Source: an uncultured Nitrospiraceae bacterium (GTDB lineage: Bacteria; Nitrospirota; Nitrospiria; Nitrospirales; Nitrospiraceae). From it: DNA of 64,000 bases. Location: NCBI GenBank assembly GCA_963706325.1, contig CAVPLT010000004.1, forward strand, positions 896,001 to 960,000, in the 5' to 3' direction. The translations under genes and the position numbers were made by a program. Positions 53,226-64,000 of the stretch are shown here, one piece after another. The number at the start of each line of letters is the position of its first letter. Position 1 is the stretch's first letter. Below the pieces are notes generated by a model, which searched no databases, was not told where the DNA came from, and worked only from the letters and a program-made list of their open reading frames with translations.

Positions 53226-54769
53226 ACCACCTGCTGGCGGTACCGATTGTCCTACCTGCGTTCATGGCTGCGCTGCTTCTTGTCATGCAGCGAGCACCGA
53301 TGGCCATAGCGCGCGCGCTCAGTGCGCTCGCCACGGCGGGTCTTTGCGCAGCCGCGCTCGCCCTTTTGGTGCAAGTCCAAGCCGGTACGCCGCTCGTCTA
53401 TCAAGTCGGCAATTGGCCGGCGCCGTTTGGAATCGTGTTGGTTGCCGACCGCCTCTCCGCCTTGATGCTTCTGCTGACGGCGGTGCTTGCCCTTGCGGTG
53501 CTGCTCTATGCGGTGCAAGGTTGGGATGCGCGCGGACAGTACTTCCACCCGCTCTTTCTGTTTCAGCTGATGGGATTGAACGGCGCCTTCCTCGCGGGAG
53601 ACCTGTTCAATCTGTTCGTCTTCTTCGAAATCCTTCTGATCGCATCGTATTGCCTGGCGTTGCAGGGCCTGATTGTCGAACGACTGCGCGCCACCCTGCA
53701 CTATGCCGCAATCAACATCGCCGCCTCCAGTGTCTTTCTCATTGCCGTCAGCCTGTTGTATGGTGTCACCGGGACGCTCAACATGGCGCACCTGGCCGCG
53801 CGCGTGGCACTGGTGCGGACGGAGGACGTGGCGCTGGTGCGAGCGGCAGGTGTCCTGCTGCTCGCAGTGTTCTCGATCAAGGCCGCGCTCTTTCCCCTCT
53901 ATTTTTGGCTGCCTGCGGTCTATTCCAATGCGCCGGCTCCGGTCGCTGCCCTTTTTTCGATTATGACGAAGGTCGGTGTCTACGCGATTATTCGAATCAC
54001 CACGCTCATCTATGGCGCGGAGGCTGCTGTCGTGATGGAGTTGACATCGCCTTGGCTCCTGCCATGCGCTCTCATTACCATTGGGCTGGGCGCGCTGGGC
54101 GCACTCGGAGCCGGACGCCTCGCGACCATGACTGCGTATTTGACGATCGCGTCGGCCGGCACGATCCTTACCGCCGTGGCGATCGGCGGCGCGGCGGCCT
54201 TCTCTGCGGGGCTCTATTATCTGGCGCACTCGACCATCGTCATTGCTATGCTCTTCCTCCTCGGCGACCTGCTCGGGCGCAGCCGGGGCGACATGAGCGA
54301 CCAGATCCATCCGGGGCCGCAGATCCGCGGCGCAACCTCACTGGGCCTCGCGTTCCTCTTTGCGGGCGCCACGGTAGCCGGAGTCCCGCCGTTATCGGGA
54401 TTTCTCGGAAAGTTCATGGTGCTGCAAAGCGCGAAGGACGCGTTGGCCGTCATTCCGATCTGGACGATCATCGTGATGACAAGCGTGCTCATGCTGGTCG
54501 GCTGCGCCCGCGCCGGCAGCATCGTGCTCTGGAATGTGACCGACCCTCTCCCGTCCGCGCCGGCTCCTGCCCCGCGCGCCGGCGAATTGACGGCCCTGGC
54601 GGCGCTCGGCGCCTGCAGCCTGCTCCTGGTCCTGTTCGCGGCTCCCATCACCCGCTACACCGATGAAACGGCCGCGCAGTTGCTCTCGCCGGCCTCCTAC
54701 ATTGAGGCAGTGCTCGGATCTCAGCGGGATGGTCTCGTCCGACCGCATGGGGCGGGTGGTCCGCGGTGA
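53222..54769 (+). CDS. mrpD: Mrp antiporter subunit D
   Basis: GNWPAPFGIVLVADRLS; GDLFNLFVFFEILLIASY; IKAALFPLYFWLP. Confidence 0.93.
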   Translation: MNHLLAVPIVLPAFMAALLLVMQRAPMAIARALSALATAGLCAAALALLVQVQAGTPLVYQVGNWPAPFGIVLVADRLSALMLLLTAVLALAVLLYAVQGWDARGQYFHPLFLFQLMGLNGAFLAGDLFNLFVFFEILLIASYCLALQGLIVERLRATLHYAAINIAASSVFLIAVSLLYGVTGTLNMAHLAARVALVRTEDVALVRAAGVLLLAVFSIKAALFPLYFWLPAVYSNAPAPVAALFSIMTKVGVYAIIRITTLIYGAEAAVVMELTSPWLLPCALITIGLGALGALGAGRLATMTAYLTIASAGTILTAVAIGGAAAFSAGLYYLAHSTIVIAMLFLLGDLLGRSRGDMSDQIHPGPQIRGATSLGLAFLFAGATVAGVPPLSGFLGKFMVLQSAKDALAVIPIWTIIVMTSVLMLVGCARAGSIVLWNVTDPLPSAPAPAPRAGELTALAALGACSLLLVLFAAPITRYTDETAAQLLSPASYIEAVLGSQRDGLVRPHGAGGPR

Positions 54770-55251
54770 AGAAGGCGCTTCCATTTCCGGGGCTGTCGCT
54801 GGCGCTTGCGGGCTGTTGGCTGGTTCTCACGGAGATGTCATCAGCTCAAGCCGCCCTGGCGATCGTTCTTGCGCTTGCCATCCCGCACATCACGGCGCCG
54901 TTCTTAGGCCAACTGCCGGGAATTCGCTCGACGGGAACGGCCTTGCGCCTTGCGGGAATAGTCATGTGGGATATCGTACTGGCGAACATCGCGGTTGCGC
55001 GGTTGGTGCTCGGGCCGGTCCCGCGCCTGCGGCCTGGCTTCGTACACGTGCCGCTTGCCGTCACTCATCCCCATGCGATTGCGCTGTTTGCCGGCATTGT
55101 GTCCATCGTTCCCGGCTCGCTGTCCATCGCATTTTCGCCGGATGCCCGCACTCTGCTTCTGCACGTGCTCGACCTGGAAGACGCGAATCATTTCGTCACG
55201 AGGATCAAGGAGCGATACGAGCGCCCGATCATGGACATGCTAGAATGCTGA
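54766..55251 (+). CDS. mrpE: Mrp antiporter subunit E
   Basis: DIVLANIAVA...PGS...LHVLD...IKERYE. Confidence 0.9.
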   Translation: MKKALPFPGLSLALAGCWLVLTEMSSAQAALAIVLALAIPHITAPFLGQLPGIRSTGTALRLAGIVMWDIVLANIAVARLVLGPVPRLRPGFVHVPLAVTHPHAIALFAGIVSIVPGSLSIAFSPDARTLLLHVLDLEDANHFVTRIKERYERPIMDMLEC

Positions 55252-55514
55252 CCGTCGCGCTCTCCATCGCCTTCGGTTCCATCGCGCTTGCGATTATCTT
55301 TTGTACTGTGCGTCTGCTGCTTGGTCCCGACCAAGCCGATCGAGTACTGGCATTCGATACGCTGTACATCAACACCATCGCATTGCTGATCGTCCTGGGC
55401 ATTCATCAGTCCACCTCCGTGTTTTACGAGGCAGCGCTCCTGATCGCGATGATCGGGTTCGTCGCGACCGCGGCATTGGCACGCTATCTTGCCCGCGGCG
55501 GTATTGGAGAGTAA
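55245..55514 (+). CDS. mrpF: Mrp antiporter subunit F
   Basis: GPDQADRVLAFDTL...IGFVATAALARY. Confidence 0.9.
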   Translation: MLTVALSIAFGSIALAIIFCTVRLLLGPDQADRVLAFDTLYINTIALLIVLGIHQSTSVFYEAALLIAMIGFVATAALARYLARGGIGE

Positions 55515-55517
55515 CAA

Positions 55518-55844
55518 ATGCTGGATATCATCGTGTCGTTGCTGCTGCTGGTCGGCAGTGTCTTCGTTCTCGTCGGCGCAATCGGCCTCGTTCGACTGCC
55601 GGATTTCTTCATGCGGTTGCACGGCCCGACCAAGTCCACTACCTTGGGCGTCGGCGGGATGTTGCTGGCCGCCATCGTTCATGCCACCCGTCGTGACTTC
55701 AGCCTGCGCGAACTCCTCATCACGCTGTTTCTGTTCGTGACCGCCCCGGTCAGCGCGTACCTGCTTGGACAAGTAGGCCTGCGCCGTCGAGTCACCTCTC
55801 GCGCGCCATTACCGGATGATTTCCCCGGTCTTGGCCGCGATTGA
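55518..55844 (+). CDS. mrpG: Mrp antiporter subunit G
   Basis: RLPDFFMRLHGPTKSTTLG...TAPVSA. Confidence 0.92.
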   Translation: MLDIIVSLLLLVGSVFVLVGAIGLVRLPDFFMRLHGPTKSTTLGVGGMLLAAIVHATRRDFSLRELLITLFLFVTAPVSAYLLGQVGLRRRVTSRAPLPDDFPGLGRD

Positions 55845-56048
55845 CCCCTGGCGCGTGCCCTGCTCGATGACCGGGAGGAAACGTCCCTCATCCCCTGCGT
55901 CCACTGCATGCGTCGTGTGTGCAATTGACGTTGCCCTGACGGTGAACTATAAAGCGTCCTCCACGGTGTCAGCTGACTGAGTCTTGAATCGTGCGCGTCC
56001 GAGTTCTTCCTTGGTTTGCAGGCAACGGTCACCCAGTAGGCTATAAGC

Positions 56049-56987
56049 ATGGGAAACGATTCGCTTTCCAGAAAGGGAATCTTGCTGGCCACCGATTTTT
56101 CGAAACCGGCGCGCCGCGCGTATGCCTACGCCATCAGGCTCTCGTCCGTCCTGAATGCTCGCCTCACTCTCCTGCACGTCATCAAGGCCCCTCCCGGTTT
56201 CCGTGCGGGAGCCCGGCGCTCCCTCGCGCCATTGAAGACCAAAGCTCTGCTTGAATTGGGCCGCATGGCTCGTCATGCGGAAGACCATGGGGTAGCGGCC
56301 AGGCATAAGCTGCTTGTCGGGGTTCCGGAAGTAGCGATCTTGCAGGTCGCGGAGGAGAAAAGGTCCGAACTCATCGCCATGGGCACACATGGCCGTACCG
56401 GCTGGGATCGCCTCAAACTCGGCAGCACCGCCGAAACAGTCCTGCAACGCGCACACTGCCCCGTCCTGACGGTCCACGCCTCAATCGTTGCCGATGCTCC
56501 GGCGCGCCCCCAGCGAATCAAACTGACACGTATCCTGGTCGCCATGGATTTCTCCGTCTGTTCTCAGGCGGCACTTCAATCTGCCGCCATGTTGGGACAT
56601 CGGCTCAAGGCGCAGATGTTTCTCGTGCATGCCTTCCAATCGCCTGCCGCCGCGACGCCGGGGGAAACGACGGGGGAAACGAACATGCCGAAATCATTAC
56701 GCGAGAAAGCCGCGCGGCGAGTCCAAGCCGCGCTGGGGGTCTCTTCAGCCGATGAATTGATCGCCGACCTGATATTTGCGTCTGGCGATCCGGTAGAGGT
56801 CATCTTGGATCAGGCGAAGCGTCTCAGGGCCGATCTCATCGTTCTGGGCACCCACGGTCGTCGCGGATTGCAGCGATTGGTGCTCGGAAGTGTGGCAGAG
56901 TCCGTCGTGCGGAGGGCAGGTTGCCCGGTGCTTGTCGTCAAGGCGGGCGTCGGGCAACGGCTCGATACGCGGGCGGGTGTGAAATGA
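56049..56987 (+). CDS. Tandem universal stress protein
   Basis: Two USP domains: ATDFS...MGTHGRTG...LGSTAE and AMDFS...GTHGRRG...LGSVAE. Confidence 0.92.
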   Translation: MGNDSLSRKGILLATDFSKPARRAYAYAIRLSSVLNARLTLLHVIKAPPGFRAGARRSLAPLKTKALLELGRMARHAEDHGVAARHKLLVGVPEVAILQVAEEKRSELIAMGTHGRTGWDRLKLGSTAETVLQRAHCPVLTVHASIVADAPARPQRIKLTRILVAMDFSVCSQAALQSAAMLGHRLKAQMFLVHAFQSPAAATPGETTGETNMPKSLREKAARRVQAALGVSSADELIADLIFASGDPVEVILDQAKRLRADLIVLGTHGRRGLQRLVLGSVAESVVRRAGCPVLVVKAGVGQRLDTRAGVK

Positions 56988-57424
56988 GCGGCGTCGCTCC
57001 GCCCACCTCGCGTAATCCTTCCAGCCACAACATCGCAAGGTGTACGTTGATTTCAGAGCGAACGGCCGGCCCGCGACACCGTAACTCATCAGACCGGCGG
57101 TGGTGCTTGCTCGTATTCAGCAGTTTGTGAAGGAGGAATCTCCACCCTACGAGCAGGCTGAATAGGGGACGCTGAGTGATACTGACCGTCAAACCTTAGC
57201 GACGGTTGAACCAGATCCGTATGGGGACGTCCTACGCCAACTCCGGGCACTTCAAATTAGTGTCGATCTTAACCTCAACCGGGCGGAAGTTGGATCGCCA
57301 GATATTATCGAAAAGTATGAACAGTATGCCCGGTGCGCAGTAGAGATGTTGGACAAGACCCCGCCGAGTCCTTCTCTGAGACATCCGGGCCCTGATAGGG
57401 GAAAGAGATGAAGGAAAGACCTCA

Positions 57425-58735
57425 ATGCCAAAAGTTGTGATCGTCGGCGGCGGGTTCGGCGGTCTTCATGCCGCGAAGACGCTGTCGAACGAAGCGGTGG
57501 ACGTCACGCTGATCGACCGCAAAAACCATCACACATTCCAACCGTTGCTGTATCAAGTTGCGCTGGCCGTGCTCTCGCCTGGCGAGATCGCCTCCTCACT
57601 GCGGAATATATTGCGCGCCTCGCGTAACGTGCACACGATTCTGGGCGAGGTGGTCGGATTTAATCTCGACGCACGCCGGGTGACGCTTGAGGATGGCGCA
57701 GAGACCCATTACGACTATCTGATTGTCGCGGCTGGGGCTCGCCATGCGTACTTTGGTCATGACGAATGGGCGGTAAACGCGCCGGGACTCAAGACGATTG
57801 AGGACGCAGTGGAGATCCGCAGCCGGTTGTTACTGGCGTTCGAGAAGAGTGAGCGGGACGCGACCTTTACCGGCCGACAGGAGCCGCTCAGCTTCGCGGT
57901 CATCGGAGGAGGTCCGACCGGCGTCGAGCTGGCGGGAGCCATTGCTGATCTTGCACGGCGAGCCCTGACAAAAGATTTTAAGGCGATCGACACGACACAA
58001 TCACGTATACGGCTCTATGAAGGTTCCCCGCGCATCTTGGGCACGTATTCGGAAGCGACGTCACGCAGGGCGGCACAGCAACTGGAGCAGTTGGGCGTCG
58101 AGGTCCATACCGAGAGTCTCGTAACCGGCGTGGAGCCCGGACGGATCAAGGTACGAGACCAATGGATTGCGACCGACGTCACGCTCTGGGCGACGGGAGT
58201 TGCCCCCTCGCCACTAGGGAAAGGACTCGGCGTGGCCACCGATCGGGCCGGACGAGTGATCATTGAACAGGACTTGAGTGTCCCCGGACATCGCAACATC
58301 TTCGTCATCGGAGACATGTCGGCCCTCACCGATCTCAACGGTACCGTGGTGCCCGGTCTGGCGGCAGCGGCCATACAGCAGGGACAAGCCGCCGCGGTCA
58401 ATATCCTGCGCGATCTTCGCGGCGAGCCTCGTGTTCTCTTCAGGTATCATGACCGGGGGAGTATGGCGACCATCGGACACCACCGTGCGGTGGCGGAGAT
58501 CGGAAACATCAAATTGTCTGGCATATTGGCCTGGCTCCTCTGGTCGGTGGTGCATGTATTTCTGCTCATCGGCTTTCGCAACCGTGTCGCGGTCATGGGA
58601 CAATGGATGTGGGCATATGTCACGCGCTTGGGAAGCAGTCCGCTCATTACGAACCATCAACGGACGGAATATGATTCGGTACGAACGCCACAGCCGTCAC
58701 CTCCGATTCGCGCAGACGAGGATGATTCAGGCTAG
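57425..58735 (+). CDS. ndh: Type II NADH dehydrogenase-like FAD oxidoreductase
   Basis: VGGGFGG, FQPLLYQVA, GGGPTGVELAG, IGD, GSMATIG, LIGFRNR. Confidence 0.88.
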   Translation: MPKVVIVGGGFGGLHAAKTLSNEAVDVTLIDRKNHHTFQPLLYQVALAVLSPGEIASSLRNILRASRNVHTILGEVVGFNLDARRVTLEDGAETHYDYLIVAAGARHAYFGHDEWAVNAPGLKTIEDAVEIRSRLLLAFEKSERDATFTGRQEPLSFAVIGGGPTGVELAGAIADLARRALTKDFKAIDTTQSRIRLYEGSPRILGTYSEATSRRAAQQLEQLGVEVHTESLVTGVEPGRIKVRDQWIATDVTLWATGVAPSPLGKGLGVATDRAGRVIIEQDLSVPGHRNIFVIGDMSALTDLNGTVVPGLAAAAIQQGQAAAVNILRDLRGEPRVLFRYHDRGSMATIGHHRAVAEIGNIKLSGILAWLLWSVVHVFLLIGFRNRVAVMGQWMWAYVTRLGSSPLITNHQRTEYDSVRTPQPSPPIRADEDDSG

Positions 58736-59556
58736 AAGCTGCTCATGAGAGTCACCTAACAATCACCATCTGTCTCAGCTTCCGGCGGCATCGAAGGTCT
58801 AACCGATGCCCTCATGGTTCTCGGAAATCGATGCTGTTAAGTCTGTAGATCTCACGCCCTCCTTAAAGGTGGAGGCGCTCGTCCCTCCCGCCATCCCCAG
58901 CCCACCCGCTGCCAGCGTTGCTTGAGCGCCGACCCCATGTTTGTGTGGGCTGGGCAGAACCTCGTGGCGGCGGACGCGGATATCGGCATCGCCGGTTCGC
59001 TGTATTTTCCACACCGGCTCTTACGCCCCCTATGACGAAACGTTCGGCCCGCTGGTTGCCATCATAATAGTGATCAGCGAAGAGGAAATTGTTCGCGGGG
59101 CACACGACACCGGGTCTGCCTCTCCGGCGCTTCGTGCGGGTTCACTGCAAATGGACGCGAGCATGACCTGCGTGAACGGTGAACCTGTCAATCATCTGGC
59201 GAGCAATCCGCCGCCGGGGAGAAGGCGCCAGGGTCGGATGGTTCGCTGTCTACTGACCATCGACGAGTCTACGACCGGTCAACGGATCACGGTGCAGCCC
59301 ACATCGCGGCAAGTACCTCATTCAAAATTTGCTCGGGAGGAATTGTATTGTATTGCAGCGCGTAAACGGCTCAATGTGGCAGGTGGGCTATGTGCGAAGA
59401 GGGAGAGAACAGGTCAGACGCTGACGGATAACGTCGGCGGTCGTCGAGATGATTATCGCCGGTCAGTGCGTGCCAATCATTCAGGGGCATGATACCCGCC
59501 TGGCACCGCCACCCTATAGTCGCTGAAGGCGGGCAAACAATCTTATGGAGGATCAC

Positions 59557-59982
59557 ATGACGATACCAGGCACACCAGTCGGGGGATTTCAAACTGTCGG
59601 TCAAATCGATGGAACGAATAATTTGACTTTCCATGCCAAACAGAGTGGGCTGGCCATCGCAATCGAACTGCTGTCATCCCATGCCTCCGGCGCGCCCATC
59701 GTTGATGACACTGGGAAATTTATTGGATTCGTAAGCGAGTTTGATCTACTTGGATCAATCGAATCTGCGCATGATTTGAACAAGGTGACCGCCGACCAGA
59801 TCATGAGCAAAGATCACTTTGTCGCCGATCAATCCACGACCGTTTCGGATGCGATCGGCCTCATGAAGGAAAAGCACTTATTGGTCCTTCCGGTGATTAA
59901 GCAAGGCAAAGTGGCGTATTCGGTGACACGGCATGACCTTCTGAGGGCGCGTATAGGTCTGGGACCTGGTATTGAATCCTAA
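59557..59982 (+). CDS. CBS-domain pair protein
   Basis: SGAPIVDDTGKFIGFVSEFDLL; LPVI...VTRHDLL; GGAGG RBS. Confidence 0.85.
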   Translation: MTIPGTPVGGFQTVGQIDGTNNLTFHAKQSGLAIAIELLSSHASGAPIVDDTGKFIGFVSEFDLLGSIESAHDLNKVTADQIMSKDHFVADQSTTVSDAIGLMKEKHLLVLPVIKQGKVAYSVTRHDLLRARIGLGPGIES

Positions 59983-61073
59983 TCAAGAAGATCAAGCTGA
60001 TATGATGCAGACTGCGCGCGACCCTGCAGTAGCGGCGGGGAGGAGCCGCCGGCAAGAAGCCAAGACGGTATGGCAATCGAAGCGAAAGGAATGCCATTGC
60101 CCGTCAAGAAGCAGTTGCTGGTCGCTCTCTCCCGCCCGGCCGTCATGAGCTTTTCGGAAGAGGATTAGCGAAAGATTGTTGAGGGTTGCTGAAACGGCAT
60201 GGGCCAGGTGAGACGGATCGATTATCTGTTTCACATGGGCAAGCCCCCAGATATTCCTAATGAATGCCTACGGCAGGCCCGGTTTGGAGAAGCGACGGCG
60301 GTCTCCGTCTGGGTCCGATAGCTACGGGGTATGGAACACATATATCCTCGATCACTCACAGTGCTGGTCAGTCACGGGGTATCGCATATCCAAGCTTCGT
60401 TCTCGTCTCTCTCCCCACTGCATGCTGCTGGGGGCCAGCGGCCTTCGCCAGATGATTGATCTACGTGACCAATACTCTGATCGACGGACGAGACGACGAA
60501 ATTGTTAACCTCGCGAGAAGAATAACTTGTTCCTACGAGCGAGGAAACCGCCAGGATCATCGCTAGTCCCGCAACAACCTCGCCCTCCGTGCCGAATCCG
60601 CCTCAAGATAGATTGAATCATCCAGCATTACCCGCCCAGCTAAGACCGGATTCCAGTTCCTCGGTAGCAAAAGACCTCATCGGGCGCATGGCCGGAGGGG
60701 AACGCGAGCGCCCACGTTTGTGCACGGCCACGGGATGTGACAGGGCTGTGCCTCCTGAAGACCCAATCAACCGGGCGACGGTTCCGCCAACCTTCTACGG
60801 TAAAATATCGCGGAGGCTTGTCGTGATAGTCACCTCGCGATTGGGGTAGAAGTGTTCATCCCCATGCTGTGGACCTGACGCCGCCCGACATCTCATACCA
60901 CGGCTCAATACTCACTGTGTTCTGAAGAGCAATTTGGCTTTATCGCTGTCCGCGGATCGCACAAACTTTAAAAGCGAGGGCTCGACGAAGGACAGCTAGC
61001 ATGCCGCGGTGACAGGCCCGCTTCGTCGACAAGAGGACCATGTGAGACTTGATCCGAAAGCACAGGAGGGACG

Positions 61074-62197
61074 ATGATGACCATGCTTCACGCAGAGGCG
61101 CTGGTTCGGCAGGTTGGGTTGGGCGCCACGATAGTGGTCGCCCTGGGCCTGTCTGGCTGCATGAGCTCGGCGCTGACGCTGGACCGTGACCGGTTCGACT
61201 TCACGCAGGCCAGCTAGTTCGTGGAAACAACAAACGCTGCTCAATATCGTCAAAATGCGCTATGGGGATACACCCATTTTCGTCGATGTCGGACAGGTTG
61301 TCAGCAGCTACCAGTTGTTTAATACTTTCCAAGCCGGCAACACGATTTATCCCAACTTAGAAACGGGACCGAGCAAGGCCCTCAACAATTTCTTCAGTTT
61401 TGGCGCCCAGGGGCAATACACCGATCGGCCCACGATCACCTATGTTCCTCTAACGGGTTCCCAATTCGTCCAAACCTTGATGACTCCCATTCCACCGGTC
61501 CGACTTTTCTAGTTAGTCGAAGCCGGGTGGAGGGTTGATCTATTGTTTGTGGCCGCCGTGCAGACTGTGAATGGCCTGTCCAACAGCAGAGGCGGGGCGC
61601 AATTACAGTGAGAGGATCCGGAGTTCGTCAAGGTGGTCAAGTCTCTTCGGCGGATCCAGGCATCCGGTATGGTAGGGTTACGTGCCGATGTGACCAAAGA
61701 CGAAAAGGGGGAAGGCCTCGTGATGTTTTTCGGGGCGAAAAAAGTTCCACCGGAGATGCAAGAGGAGCGGGAGGCCGTAAAACGCCCCTCGGTTTGAACC
61801 CGGAGACAACGGAGTTTTCGGTCATCTATGGCGCGGTCCCGGCAGGGCGGGATGATGTGATCGCCCCTTGCATACCCGTTCGGGATTCCAGATCTTGTAC
61901 GAGCTGGCGACCTTCGTGGAGGTCCCCGAGGAGCACGAGAGGGAACTGCGCGCGTATCCCCATCTTCCAGCTCCACCCGAGGGTCAAGAAACGCTCCCGC
62001 CGTTGATTCGTATTGTGAGTGGAGACACGAAGCCGAACGATGCGTTCACGAAGGTGTACTACAACGACCGATGGTATTGGATCGAGAATCGTGACCTCCC
62101 GTCGAAGGGATTGTTCTCGTTCCTCCTCGTCATGCAGACCCTGGCCGAATCCGGCCAGAAGGCCCCGTCACCGTACGTCACGATTCAGGCCAACTAA
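61074..62197 (+). pseudogene. Lipoprotein pseudogene
   Basis: Lipobox [19 protein letters not shown]; in-frame TAG 61510 and TGA 61609 plus frameshifts. Confidence 0.75.
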
Positions 62198-62644
62198 TCC
62201 ACAGTATTCATCGCTCGCCTCTTCATCAACACCTCCTCGGCCATGAGGCGAAAGAGGCCGGTCATCGACCTCTTCCATTCGCCGTTCGATCGTCGGCAGC
62301 CACGGACCGATCTGTCTCGTGGGGACTCGACGACTGAGATGACGCAGTAGCATCCCAGCTATAGCACACCCGACGCGCTGCTCGATGTGGCATTAGGGCA
62401 TGCGAGGCCCCCGCTTGAGCTTGAGACGCAATGCATGAAGCTCCACAAGCTGATCTTTCGCACCTGCGAGGGCTCACCCGCCGCACTTCCAATGCTCCGG
62501 AAAAGCTGTCGCGTGAGGACTCGTCTTGCAATGACTTAGGCCAACCAGCAGAATACCAAGGTAACTTAAGTCAGCATAATGATCCAACCATGGCCACCTA
62601 GTTTTCCGATGCGATATGGCTAGGCACGATAGGAGGGACTCTCT

Positions 62645-62905
62645 ATGGACAATCAAGCCAAAAGTCCGGACCAACCTGTTCTTGGGCACATCCAACAACT
62701 GGTTGAAGAGGAACATCGACTGTATGGACAGGGTGAGAAAAAGACTCTTGAAGATGCCGATCGCCGGAAGCTCGCGACCGTCCAGGTCGAATTGGATCGA
62801 TGCTGGGATCTGTTGCGTCAACGCAGGGCCCTGCGCGTGGCCGGACTTAACCCTGACCAGGCAGCAGTCCGCCCGGCGCAGGTGGTCGAAAATTACGAGC
62901 AGTAA
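62645..62905 (+). CDS. DUF2630 family protein
   Basis: LVEEEHRL...LDRCWDLLRQRRA...RPAQVVENYEQ. Confidence 0.88.
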   Translation: MDNQAKSPDQPVLGHIQQLVEEEHRLYGQGEKKTLEDADRRKLATVQVELDRCWDLLRQRRALRVAGLNPDQAAVRPAQVVENYEQ

Positions 62906-62958
62906 TAATGGGCGTCGAAGTGAGGCGTTCCGGTGAACTCCATTGAAAGGATGCAATC

Positions 62959-63903
62959 ATGAAAGCGGTACAAATTCGTCAGTACGGCGGGAAGGACGTC
63001 TTGGAATTCAATCAGAACGCGCCGAAGCCGATAGTCGGTGACGGGCAGGTACTGGTCGAGATGCAGGCCGCAAGTATCAATCCGGTGGATTGGAAGATCC
63101 GCTCCGGCTATCTCAAGGAGATGGCGCCCCTCACCATGCCTGCGACGTTGGGCGGCGATGTGTGCGGCATCGTGGCGGCGGTCGGCACATCCGTTTCAAC
63201 CCTCAAGGTCGGTGACCGAGTGTATGGGTATGCCAGTCTTTTATCGGGAGGATCAGGGTCGTTCGCCGAGTTTGTCGCAGCCAAACTTTCGACGGTGGCT
63301 CTTGCGCCAAAGAAGAGCAGTGTCATTGAGACTGCCGCACTCCCCCTGGTCGGCGCCAGCGCGCTCCAAGCGATAGAACAGCACATGAAACTTCAGCCCG
63401 GCCAAAAAATCCTCATTCACGGCGGTGCGGGCGGCATCGGCAGCGTGGCCATCCAGGCAGCCAAGTCCATCGGCGCCTACGTGGCAACGACTGCAAGGGC
63501 GGACGATAGGGCGTACGTTCACGAACTTGGCGCCGACGAGGTCATCGACTACCAACAGGAGGCGTTCGAAGAAAAACTCAAAAACTTGGATGCGGTGTTT
63601 GACACCATCGGCGGTGAGACGACGGAAAAATCATTCAAAGTGCTCAGGAAAGGCGGGATGCTGGTGTCGATGCTTGGTCAGCCTCATCCGGAAATGGCAC
63701 AGAAGATGGGTGTGGTGGCCATCGGGCAGTCTACCCATGTTACCACTGAAGCCTTGAAGCGCCTTGCACAGCTCGTAGATAGGGGGGCGGTAAAGATTCG
63801 AGTCGCGAAGGTCAATCCTTTGGAGAAAGCCAAGGAGGCCTTTCAACTCGTCGAAGAAGGTCACCCCCAGGGGAAGGTCGTGTTTGAAATTAAGCAAGGG
63901 TGA
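62959..63903 (+). CDS. NADP-dependent oxidoreductase (MDR/quinone-oxidoreductase-like)
   Basis: ASINPVDWKIRSG, ILIHGGAGGIG, GADEVIDY, GKVV. Confidence 0.9.
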   Translation: MKAVQIRQYGGKDVLEFNQNAPKPIVGDGQVLVEMQAASINPVDWKIRSGYLKEMAPLTMPATLGGDVCGIVAAVGTSVSTLKVGDRVYGYASLLSGGSGSFAEFVAAKLSTVALAPKKSSVIETAALPLVGASALQAIEQHMKLQPGQKILIHGGAGGIGSVAIQAAKSIGAYVATTARADDRAYVHELGADEVIDYQQEAFEEKLKNLDAVFDTIGGETTEKSFKVLRKGGMLVSMLGQPHPEMAQKMGVVAIGQSTHVTTEALKRLAQLVDRGAVKIRVAKVNPLEKAKEAFQLVEEGHPQGKVVFEIKQG

Positions 63904-64000
63904 GAGGTCGTCGGCGGAGGGGCGTGAACGCATATGAAGCATGGAACGACCCGAGTCAGCCGGGAGTGGCGTCAGCGAGAGGTATGGAATCGAGGCTCTT

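Noticed and set aside
59010..59080. YihY/BrkB-like fragment (YDETFGPLVAIIIV)
   Set aside because: Too short to support, and no extended homology is visible.
61510..61611. Pyrrolysine or selenocysteine recoding of TAG/TGA
   Set aside because: The same gene also has frameshifts, and no recoding machinery or SECIS-like context is evident.

Overview
Bacterial chromosomal window; gene content suggests Nitrospira/Nitrospirota (inference, not verified). The core-looking backbone includes lgt, tRNA-Leu(TAA), a comM/YifB ATPase, clpB and a GlrK/QseG/GlrR-like three-gene signalling operon. A ~21.5-kb integrative island (2595-24114) sits in the tRNA-Leu 3' end, bounded by a perfect 65-bp direct repeat. 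It carries two N-terminally short tyrosine recombinases, an excisionase-like HTH, and envelope/sulfatase cargo, with no recognisable capsid, terminase or conjugation genes. The most unusual signals are non-coding: matching TGTCCC(G/T)TA arm-type repeats at both island ends; a second, orphan att-like end inside the island (degenerate tRNA-Thr(CGT) 3' half with its own 12-bp-spaced repeats); five clusters of 9-bp-period repeats plus a lambda-cos-like stretch just before attR; and a relic third integrase C-terminus just outside attR. Together these suggest a stacked or nested, satellite-like element at a tRNA hotspot. The right third is an accessory ion/stress region (P-type ATPase, two USPs, Mrp antiporter, NDH-2, CBS protein, several pseudogenes). 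Frameshifts cluster in accessory genes and may partly be assembly errors.
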